Shown here piece after piece: positions 1 through 6,107 of a DNA stretch of 57,088 bases. The stretch spans positions 1-57,088 of the IMG/VR virus record IMGVR_UViG_3300044619_000511, one strand, 5' to 3'. The notes under the pieces were generated by a model, which did no database searches, had not been told where the DNA came from, and worked only from the letters and a program-made list of their open reading frames with translations. Position 1 is the first letter of the stretch. Each line of letters opens with the position of its first letter. This DNA comes from a virus (lineage: Duplodnaviria; Caudoviricetes). Both the position numbers and the translations under genes were made by a program.

Positions 1-73
1 ATTCTTTTTTGTCGACATCAAATACCTTTGTCTTGATACCTTCTACGTGTAGTCCTATTTTCTCTATCCTCAT
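1..73 (-). CDS. N-terminus of an ORF running off the window (MRIEKIGLHVEGIKTKVFDVDKKE...)
   Basis: ATG at 73 overlaps the TGA of the upstream 22-aa ORF (ATGA); frame open to position 1. Confidence 0.55.
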   Translation of the reverse strand, partial: MRIEKIGLHVEGIKTKVFDVDKKE

Positions 74-138
74 AAACTTAGTAAAGTAAGAATGGTTACG
101 ATTAATAATACGATTGGTAGGGTGAAGCCCTTTTTCAT
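70..138 (-). CDS. 22-aa hydrophobic peptide MKKGFTLPIVLLIVTILTLLSL (prepilin-leader-like)
   Basis: Hand-translated; ATGA-coupled to both neighbours. Confidence 0.55.
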   Translation of the reverse strand: MKKGFTLPIVLLIVTILTLLSL

Positions 139-335
139 TCAATCTTTTTTGAGATGAAGATTCCGTTGGGTGTACGCTCTACGATTAACCCATTCTTTTC
201 CATCTCTGCCAGTTGCTCATCCAGTGGCATGATCGGGCCGTCAGTTTTAGAGAACCCTACGTTGTCGGGGATCTTACCACTGGCGGTCTTCTTTACTTTG
301 ATAGTTGACTTCTTGTTGAATGCGTTGTCGTTCAT
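135..335 (-). CDS. hypothetical protein
   Basis: 66 aa; preceded by ACAAAACCCC-ATG start motif. Confidence 0.7.
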   Translation of the reverse strand: MNDNAFNKKSTIKVKKTASGKIPDNVGFSKTDGPIMPLDEQLAEMEKNGLIVERTPNGIFISKKIE

Positions 336-580
336 GGGGTTTTGTTTTTGTGTAAATTAATAAGATTTTGTTTCAGCTCATCAAGGTAGATAATAATGTT
401 ATCCACATCGTGCTTATTGACTTCATCTCGTAACTGGCTTTCAGTTTCCAGTCCCTTGTCGTACCACCTAGCATCATCGCTCATCCGGTAGTAGAAGTCG
501 TGGTCAATAACTCTTTTCAGTAACTCTTTCATTTGCAAATAGTTGTTTAAATCCTCTATAAACTCCTCGCTTGTAGGCAT
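332..580 (-). CDS. hypothetical protein
   Basis: 82-aa ORF coupled to the downstream gene. Confidence 0.65.
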   Translation of the reverse strand: MPTSEEFIEDLNNYLQMKELLKRVIDHDFYYRMSDDARWYDKGLETESQLRDEVNKHDVDNIIIYLDELKQNLINLHKNKTP

Positions 581-797
581 CAGTCTCGTGGTTGAATGCT
601 CCCGCCAGTATCAGAGAGGTGACTGATACATACTTCGTTTCAATGTAGTGGAGGAGATTGGAGAATGTCTTACCATCTCTCAGCCTATCCAGTAGTTCTT
701 CGGGGGACGTAACTGGGACATCATCGAACTCATTGATTCGCTTTGCGTTGATATGCGCATCAGCGATTGCCTTGATTTCGGGGGTGATACGTTTCAT
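504..797 (-). CDS. hypothetical protein
   Basis: 97-aa ORF in the co-oriented early cluster. Confidence 0.65.
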   Translation of the reverse strand: MKRITPEIKAIADAHINAKRINEFDDVPVTSPEELLDRLRDGKTFSNLLHYIETKYVSVTSLILAGAFNHETDAYKRGVYRGFKQLFANERVTEKSY

Positions 798-800
798 AGA

Positions 801-965
801 TTATTGTTTGGTTACTAATCCTAACTGGACGGCGGTATCGGCATCGGCTTCGCTACCAAATTCAATGGTGGCTGGATACTCTCCTTCGGGGGAGGTGATT
901 TCAAAGTCGAGGTCTTCATCCATTAGATACATAATGTCAGATCGGGAGTGTGCTAGGTACTTCAT
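801..965 (-). CDS. small acidic protein (54 aa, MKYLAHSRSD...GLVTKQ)
   Basis: Hand-translated; fills the gap between neighbours exactly. Confidence 0.65.
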   Translation of the reverse strand: MKYLAHSRSDIMYLMDEDLDFEITSPEGEYPATIEFGSEADADTAVQLGLVTKQ

Positions 966-969
966 ATGT

Positions 970-1143
970 TTATAATTTTTGGTAACGTTTCCATCCTACT
1001 TGCTCCTCATCCTCACTGGCGAGTATCCTATACTTATCGCGTAGTTCGGAACGTAGCTTTCGGTCTTTTGTTTTGTGATACTCATCCCACACCTTGTCAA
1101 TCTCTGACTGGGGGGTTAGTTGCTGATAGATTTTCGATTTCAT
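970..1143 (-). CDS. small hypothetical protein (57 aa, MKSKIYQQ...KRYQKL)
   Basis: Hand-translated; stop 4 nt before the next ATG. Confidence 0.6.
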   Translation of the reverse strand: MKSKIYQQLTPQSEIDKVWDEYHKTKDRKLRSELRDKYRILASEDEEQVGWKRYQKL

Positions 1144-1188
1144 TTGCTAGTTTTATAATGTCATCGATTGCTTCTTGTATCTCTTTCA

Positions 1189-1455
1189 TTACCATTGATT
1201 TTCGGTGAAGAATTTAATTGCATTTTGCAGACTGCCAGTTGTCCCTTCCTTTACCTCAGTGCGACTGGGGATGCGGTTGCCGTAGTAGTCTCGGTGTGAC
1301 TGCTTGGGTAGGAAACACGCCCCCGACCTTAGTAACTCCATGGCCGTCCTTCCGACTGCCCCCTCCATCTTCCATGCAGTGCCGGATTCAATTAGTGACT
1401 GGATTTGGTCATAGCCTTGCTCTCGTTGGTGCTTGCGGATAGTTTGAATGTGCAT
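1189..1455 (-). CDS. hypothetical phage early protein
   Basis: 88 aa; start directly follows structured element 1 and the AACCAAACCC motif. Confidence 0.8.
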   Translation of the reverse strand: MHIQTIRKHQREQGYDQIQSLIESGTAWKMEGAVGRTAMELLRSGACFLPKQSHRDYYGNRIPSRTEVKEGTTGSLQNAIKFFTENQW

Positions 1456-1473
1456 ACATTAGGGTTTGGTTAG

Positions 1474-1519
1474 GAACTGGCATCCGTATCGATCGGATTA
1501 CGATTCTCTCTGCCAGTTC
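1474..1519 (-). ncRNA. tRNA-like minihelix element, copy 1
   Basis: GAACUGGC-[AGAGAGAAUCGUA]-AUCCG AUCGAUA CGGAU-GCCAGUUC: 8-bp closing stem plus 5-bp stem/7-nt loop. Confidence 0.8.
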
Positions 1520-1524
1520 GGGAG

Positions 1525-1752
1525 CTATTGAATAATCTTTAGTACTCGATGACCATAAAATGCATAGCCCTCAAATTCAATAAAATTACTAACTGGATCG
1601 GAACAAGAGGTTACCTTCAGCAACTGGCCCCTCTTAGGCCCATTCTCTAAATCTTCAACATCAATTGCTACAACTAAATCGCCTTCAAATAATTGTGTTC
1701 CGTCAATGTCATTGCAGTATTGGTTAACTGGAGTTTCTGATAGATTAGACAT
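1525..1752 (-). CDS. hypothetical protein
   Basis: 75 aa, bracketed by elements 1 and 2. Confidence 0.8.
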   Translation of the reverse strand: MSNLSETPVNQYCNDIDGTQLFEGDLVVAIDVEDLENGPKRGQLLKVTSCSDPVSNFIEFEGYAFYGHRVLKIIQ

Positions 1753-1771
1753 AGTATTTGGGTTTGGTTAG

Positions 1772-1812
1772 GAACTGGTTGCCATCGAAGGCCACGGCAT
1801 ATCCGCCAGTTC
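1772..1812 (-). ncRNA. tRNA-like element, copy 2 (degenerate)
   Basis: GAACUGG-CGGAUAUGCCG-UG-GCC UUCGAU GGC-AA-CCAGUUC. Confidence 0.65.
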
Positions 1813-1822
1813 GGGGGTGTTC

Positions 1823-2053
1823 TTAGAATGCGAGGCGCTTTAACTCATTGAGCATTGATTCTCCGCCATCGAATACTCCGTTGTAGGTTATCCAATATTG
1901 GAGTAATTCAAAGTCACTATACTGATCAAGAAGGTCGTAGCTTTCCTTATAGGTCTGATGTAGTTGCGCCGAGTCTATCTCGGCCATGTAATCCAACAAA
2001 TATTTTCTAAAGTCTTGGCACTTTTGGTTTGGTGGGGCGATGCATTTAAACAT
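1823..2053 (-). CDS. hypothetical protein (start MFKCIAPP)
   Basis: Start moved to ATG 2053, downstream of element 3. Confidence 0.75.
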   Translation of the reverse strand: MFKCIAPPNQKCQDFRKYLLDYMAEIDSAQLHQTYKESYDLLDQYSDFELLQYWITYNGVFDGGESMLNELKRLAF

Positions 2054-2072
2054 AAAATAGGGTTTTGATGAG

Positions 2073-2115
2073 GAACTGGGAGCGGAGTCGAACCGCTCTG
2101 ATACCATGCCAGTTC
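2073..2115 (-). ncRNA. tRNA-like element, copy 3
   Basis: GAACUGG-CAUGGUAUCA-GAGCGG UUCGACU CCGCUC-CCAGUUC; canonical T-loop GUUCGACUC. Confidence 0.85.
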
Positions 2116-2122
2116 GGGGGGA

Positions 2123-2218
2123 TTATAATGCCCGATTAGAGGGTAAAATAACGTATCCGTTTTTGATAGAAAAGAACTCACGGATTGAATTGCGGAAGGA
2201 CTTGATTGCTTTTGACAT
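2123..2218 (-). CDS. 31-aa peptide MSKAIKSFRNSIREFFSIKNGYVILPSNRAL
   Basis: Exactly fills the space between elements 4 and 3; CAAAACCCC start motif. Confidence 0.65.
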   Translation of the reverse strand: MSKAIKSFRNSIREFFSIKNGYVILPSNRAL

Positions 2219-2237
2219 TGTTAGGGGTTTTGATGAG

Positions 2238-2283
2238 GAACTGCGGTCGGTTTCGCTCCGACTTCGGTCTTACCTCGCAGTTC
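2238..2283 (-). ncRNA. tRNA-like element, copy 4
   Basis: GAACUGCG-[AGGUAAGACCGAA]-GUCGG AGCGAAA CCGAC-CGCAGUUC; compensatory change in closing stem. Confidence 0.85.
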
Positions 2284-2290
2284 GGGGGGG

Positions 2291-2782
2291 TTAAAATTCC
2301 CAGTCATAATGATACTCTGCTTGTCCAAAGAGAATGTTTACCTTAGGATACCTCCTTTTAGCCTTAGTGAATCCCTTGACCAGTTTAAGGTCGTTGTTAT
2401 CATCGTAGAGGCCTATTTCACTGCAGCGAATCCATAGGTCAACACTATTTTTAAACTGCTCATAGAACGATTCCTCAAAAACGATATTCTCAATCACCTC
2501 TCTCCATGCGCCATTGCGATAGATGAGAGTGCGTTTGTATCCATTGGGATTAGGAGTCAGTTCCCAATCTTGGTGTCCCATACCTTCCGAATTGGGCTTA
2601 GCCGTGTGATTCATTTCGCGGATGACACACTGCTTACCATCAGCGGATACCTCCAGTACTTCAGCGGGATGGCGGTCTGAATAGGAGAGGAGAGTAGCAC
2701 CTTTGCCTACCTCGGGGGTAGTCGAATTGTTGCCCATAAGGTAGTTGGTGAAGCTACCTTCGAGTCTTCTAGTTTGTCTCAT
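2291..2782 (-). CDS. hypothetical phage protein (start MRQTRRLEG)
   Basis: 163 aa; start set downstream of element 5. Confidence 0.8.
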   Translation of the reverse strand: MRQTRRLEGSFTNYLMGNNSTTPEVGKGATLLSYSDRHPAEVLEVSADGKQCVIREMNHTAKPNSEGMGHQDWELTPNPNGYKRTLIYRNGAWREVIENIVFEESFYEQFKNSVDLWIRCSEIGLYDDNNDLKLVKGFTKAKRRYPKVNILFGQAEYHYDWEF

Positions 2783-2801
2783 TGTAAGGGGTTTGATTCG
2801 T

Positions 2802-2845
2802 AACTGGGGGTGGTATCGCTCCACCTTCGCACATTGCTCCCAGTT
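2802..2845 (-). ncRNA. tRNA-like element, copy 5
   Basis: AACUGGG-[AGCAAUGUGCGAA]-GGUGG AGCGAUA CCACC-CCCAGUU: 7+5 bp, tRNA acceptor/T-arm geometry. Confidence 0.85.
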
Positions 2846-2853
2846 CGGGGGAC

Positions 2854-2937
2854 TTATCTACAAATTTGGTCTTGCAGTAAACCTACTACATACCCTACCA
2901 CTAGTAGGACAAGTAATAACTGAATAACTGGTTTCAT
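2854..2937 (-). CDS. 27-aa single-TM peptide MKPVIQLLLVLLVVGYVVGLLQDQICR
   Basis: Hand-translated; ATGA-coupled to the upstream gene, ends just before element 5. Confidence 0.6.
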   Translation of the reverse strand: MKPVIQLLLVLLVVGYVVGLLQDQICR

Positions 2938-3128
2938 AGAGGAGATAATTTAGCTTGTTTACAAAGACGCTCCCATTTAAGGTCACGTAGGATTTGCTTA
3001 GAGTCCCCGCCTAGTTCCACGAGGATTTGTTTCACGCGTGTGTGGGTGGAAATAACGGCTTCCGTTCTGCGGATTAACTGGCCATTGGCCTTAGCCGAGA
3101 ATAGGGGTGTTTTAATTCTCTTGCGCAT
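2934..3128 (-). CDS. hypothetical basic protein
   Basis: 64-aa ORF in operon. Confidence 0.65.
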   Translation of the reverse strand: MRKRIKTPLFSAKANGQLIRRTEAVISTHTRVKQILVELGGDSKQILRDLKWERLCKQAKLSPL

Positions 3129-3246
3129 TGCTTGGAGATTGAAGGGTTATTGAATCTGATTGAAAGGATACTACTAGCCATCCGTCGTATAGATACTGGG
3201 CAGCTAGTTGTTGTCCTTTTAGGGTGGTGAGGTTTATGCTTATCAT
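3112..3246 (-). CDS. hypothetical protein (start MISINLTT, 44 aa)
   Basis: Start downstream of element 6. Confidence 0.6.
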   Translation of the reverse strand: MISINLTTLKGQQLAAQYLYDGWLVVSFQSDSITLQSPSNAQEN

Positions 3247-3264
3247 AGCTGAGGTTTTGTTAAG

Positions 3265-3307
3265 TAACTGGGAGGGGAGTCGAACCCCTCCTAAGACCAT
3301 CCAGTTA
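3265..3307 (-). ncRNA. tRNA-like element, copy 6
   Basis: UAACUGG-AUGGUCUUAG-GAGGGG UUCGACU CCCCUC-CCAGUUA; begins in the UAA stop of the PAPS-reductase-like gene. Confidence 0.85.
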
Positions 3308-4066
3308 TCCGCAGACGAACTCTGCGACCTTGAACTGCGCATCACCCTCAACGATATCCTTCAGCCAGTTTTTCTCCTTCCCACTCATAAGAAGGGTAAA
3401 GCCCAGTCTCTCCTCAGTTTCAACGTATCGCTTGTATAACTGGGGGTTATGCTTCGCGGCTACCTTGATATCGCTCTTGTTACTCATAATGCAAAACACA
3501 CAAGATAGACGGCTCATGCCGAGGTCATAGGCGTAGTGTCTCTTCTGACCTACGGACTCAATTTCCGCCCATACTTCCTTCACGCTCCAGTCAAAGATGG
3601 GTAGCCAGTCATACCACTCACGACCTGCTTTGCTATTGCGCTCATTGAGACGGAATGGGATTTGCTTTGCTCGTGCGGATGATTCTTCTGCACGAATCCC
3701 CATACAATTCACAATGAGAGTTTTACCTCGCTCCTTGCACCAGTTACGGATAAATTTCTCGATTGGCTGACGCTTGAGGTCGCTTGTACACTGGCGATAA
3801 CTGGGGGATGGGAACATCCCACGATGCTCAACCATCTCAAAGAAGGTTTTACCGGCACGAACTAAATGCGCCTCTATGCCCAATGAATTCTCTTGTACGT
3901 GACTCCAACACCCCTCCCAGTCAACTTCGGGAAGGTCTGCGTGAACGATTACCAATTGGTCGTGAGGAACTACCTTGCTAAGAAATATCTTCATCGCTTG
4001 GCTATCCTTTCCTCCGGAATCATTGATAAAAAAGATTGCACCTTTGTCGATTAATTCTTGAATCAT
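3305..4066 (-). CDS. PAPS reductase family (PP-loop) protein
   Basis: SGGKDS PP-loop, CTSDLK, GIRAEESxxR, RLSCVFC; start MIQELIDK at 4066. Confidence 0.9.
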   Translation of the reverse strand: MIQELIDKGAIFFINDSGGKDSQAMKIFLSKVVPHDQLVIVHADLPEVDWEGCWSHVQENSLGIEAHLVRAGKTFFEMVEHRGMFPSPSYRQCTSDLKRQPIEKFIRNWCKERGKTLIVNCMGIRAEESSARAKQIPFRLNERNSKAGREWYDWLPIFDWSVKEVWAEIESVGQKRHYAYDLGMSRLSCVFCIMSNKSDIKVAAKHNPQLYKRYVETEERLGFTLLMSGKEKNWLKDIVEGDAQFKVAEFVCG

Positions 4067-4079
4067 AACTGGGGTTTTG

Positions 4080-4128
4080 GGTTTCGGCCTGCTTGGCCTC
4101 ATCAGTACGGATAGCGTATCCGTAGACC
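4080..4128 (-). ncRNA. type III hammerhead ribozyme
   Basis: GGUC|UACGGAUA CGC UAUCCGUA CUGAUGA GGCC AAGCA GGCC GAAA CC: full catalytic core, stem I 8 bp, stem II 4 bp, stem III 3 bp; predicted cut between 4125 and 4124. Confidence 0.85.
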
Positions 4129-4129
4129 T

Positions 4130-4490
4130 TGTCATTTCGGGGGTAGTCAATGGCGATAAATCGGCCAACAACATCTGCCCCAGTAGGTGAGTCCTTTCGG
4201 TTCTCTCACCCCAACACCCTAACTACAACTTGTGTAGGTTTGGCGCGACCTTGTGTGAACACTGGGAGTCGGTTCGTTACCGCCAGTGTGCCTGTGTTTA
4301 TGTGCCGAGGAAGGCATCCTCGAGTCTCTCTCGCTCAACACGATTTTATCGAGACCATCGCTTTGCATTTATCGTGGTTTGGTGTCCGTCCGTCCATCGT
4401 ACTCACCTAGTCTGGTGGATGGGTGGGGGTGCATTGCCCTAACACGTTGTAGCGAACATTTGAAAGAACTGCGGACTCATTGTCGAATCC
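4130..4490 (-). ncRNA. putative large structured leader/ncRNA
   Basis: No credible ORF; many hairpins and long-range complementary segments between promoter and hammerhead. Confidence 0.55.
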
Positions 4491-4491
4491 G
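4459..4491 (-). promoter_or_regulatory. boxB-like hairpin followed by boxA-like AGTTCTTTCAAA
   Basis: CGGATTC GACAAT GAGTCCG then GTTCTTTCAA just after the predicted start site; resembles rrn-type boxA. Confidence 0.5.
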
Positions 4492-4494
4492 ATG

Positions 4495-4527
4495 CAAACA
4501 TAGGGTGGCAGGGTAACTACTTCCAAA
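4495..4527 (-). promoter_or_regulatory. Bacteroidota sigma70-type promoter of early operon
   Basis: TTTG (-33), 21-nt spacer, TATGTTTG (-7, TAnnTTTG); A/T-rich upstream tract. Confidence 0.8.
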
Positions 4528-4651
4528 TTTTTTTACAACTTTTTTTAAAAATACGTATTCTTACTTAGAATTTGGATTGAGAATCAAGCAATTAAGCAAA
4601 AAAATAATTTAGGGGTAAGTAAGGTCGGGAGGGTAAAATGGGGGTATCGGC

Positions 4652-4727
4652 TACTAAAAGCATTAGTAATCAATACTAAAGAAATTAGCTGGTTGTCAAT
4701 GAAAGCAAATTGCTAAAGAGATTAGCA
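4652..4727. promoter_or_regulatory. three operator-like palindromes TRCTAA-N5-TTAGYW
   Basis: 4652-4668, 4674-4690, 4711-4727. Confidence 0.6.
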
Positions 4728-4750
4728 AAGGCGGGGGGTTCGGGGGAATA

Positions 4751-5083
4751 CTAGAGCCGTTTATTAAGTAGATAGCTCCGTATATAGGATAAGTACTCTC
4801 TCCCTAGAGGAGTAATAGAATACCGCTTGTGTGTCTCCCTAATAGCAAGGCCAAGAAGACAAAGAGAATTCAAGTAGTTCCAAGAGGAACGATTGTCTGC
4901 CCGCTTAACATGGGGGCGATGCAAAAAAACAAAATCAGCTAAGGCCGTTTGACTGGTAGTGCCTAGCCTACGAAGGCCGTATAAAAATCGTAACTGGGTA
5001 TAGTTTAACTCAGCAATTCCAGTACGCTGAGATGCACGATAAATGGCAGTATCTACACACAAAAAGAATTTCTCAATCTTCAC
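4751..5083 (-). CDS. winged-helix (MarR-like) DNA-binding protein
   Basis: LNYTQLRFL...SQTALA...YSITPLGREYL wHTH pattern. Confidence 0.7.
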   Translation of the reverse strand: MKIEKFFLCVDTAIYRASQRTGIAELNYTQLRFLYGLRRLGTTSQTALADFVFLHRPHVKRADNRSSWNYLNSLCLLGLAIRETHKRYSITPLGREYLSYIRSYLLNKRL

Positions 5084-5518
5084 GGATGAAAGGTTTTTTG
5101 TAAAGGGAGGAGGGGGGCTATTGTATCTTTAAACACACACGCATAATCGCCACATTCCCAATATGTTGCAAGGTTTTTATCCAGTTCCGTTTCCCTCTTC
5201 ATTCCCTCCCCATTGATTACCCCACTACCTCCTTCACAACCTAACGCAATATGTGTCAGCCAGTTAGGTATTATATGGGGGTTATATGGTATTACCCGTT
5301 CAGCCCTAAAATCGTTTTTGGAACTGCCAAAAATACCCCCACCCAGTTTGCGTTTTGCGATTCGCAAAATTATCAAAAGCCACTTAAAATAATGTATTAC
5401 CCCCACTCTTTTCCCACACACATCTGATCTATAAACCCTTGGCATAAACTCTCGATTTTTTGTAGTCCAAATTTAGGCTTTATTTGTTGGTTATAGACGG
5501 GTGTGAAAAACTTGTATC

Positions 5519-5549
5519 TTGGCGGTTCGGGGTTCTCTTTGTATGTTTG
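5519..5549 (+). promoter_or_regulatory. putative rightward promoter
   Basis: TTG, 20-nt spacer, TATGTTTG (5542-5549). Confidence 0.5.
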
Positions 5550-5803
5550 TCTGGCTACGTTATCCGGGTGCATGGAGATAACATCAAGGGGGCCCCGTAG
5601 CTGTGCGAAGATTGAAACTTCGGCGACGATTTAATAGGACAGGTCAACACGCGTAAACCGGCGGAAGATCCTCCAGCAGGCGATGCCACCAAATAGGATG
5701 GACGGCCTTAAACAACCCTAAGGGGGGAAAGGGGGGTGTGCTCAGAATTTTCTTGGCTCAGATTTAATGCTTTATTATCTCTCGTTTAATTAATTTGCAC
5801 TGT

Positions 5804-5965
5804 ATGGAAATGATGCTTCGTAAGGATGGTTCTTACTCTCGTCGTGGACTCTGGGATAATATCAGGGCCAAGGCTGGTAGTGGTAAGAAGCCAACCAAAG
5901 AAATGTTAGAGCAAGAACGTAAAATAAAAAAAGATGCCTCTAAAAAAAGCAAAAAGAAAAAGTGA
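5804..5965 (+). CDS. small Lys-rich protein (53 aa)
   Basis: Hand-translated MEMMLRKDGSYSRRGLWDNIRAK... Confidence 0.7.
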   Translation: MEMMLRKDGSYSRRGLWDNIRAKAGSGKKPTKEMLEQERKIKKDASKKSKKKK

Positions 5966-6107
5966 GCTCCAGTCAGCCATCTCGGCTAACATCCGTGAGC
6001 TTATGGCGGATAACAAGAAGAAGGGGAAGGAGAAGGGAGCTGGTGGTAAAGCCAGATCCAAGAAGCAGATCCTTGCAATTGCTATATCAGCCGCTAAAGG
6101 TAAATGA
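5934..6107 (+). CDS. small basic phage protein (57 aa, MPLKKA...QILAIAISAAKGK)
   Basis: Hand-translated; ATGA-coupled to HNH gene. Confidence 0.75.
   Translation: MPLKKAKRKSELQSAISANIRELMADNKKKGKEKGAGGKARSKKQILAIAISAAKGK

Noticed and set aside
1474-3307. Early repeats as a CRISPR array or true tRNA genes
   Set aside because: Spacers are whole genes of variable length, no cas genes are present, and the elements lack D and anticodon arms and a CCA end
1474-3307. Early elements as intrinsic terminators
   Set aside because: No U-tract follows on the coding strand; they are followed by A/C-rich start regions
4067-4174. N-terminal extension of the PAPS-reductase-like ORF given by the ORF track
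   Set aside because: It runs through the hammerhead; ATG 4066 has the shared start motif. Track extensions to 2107, 2824 and 3351 likewise cross RNA elements
4150-4516. Three overlapping plus-strand ORFs
   Set aside because: Mostly non-ATG starts, no recognisable protein features, antisense to the promoter; better explained as structured RNA
5080-5445. 121-aa minus-strand ORF
   Set aside because: Atypical composition and overlap with repeated motifs; cannot be supported, though not excluded
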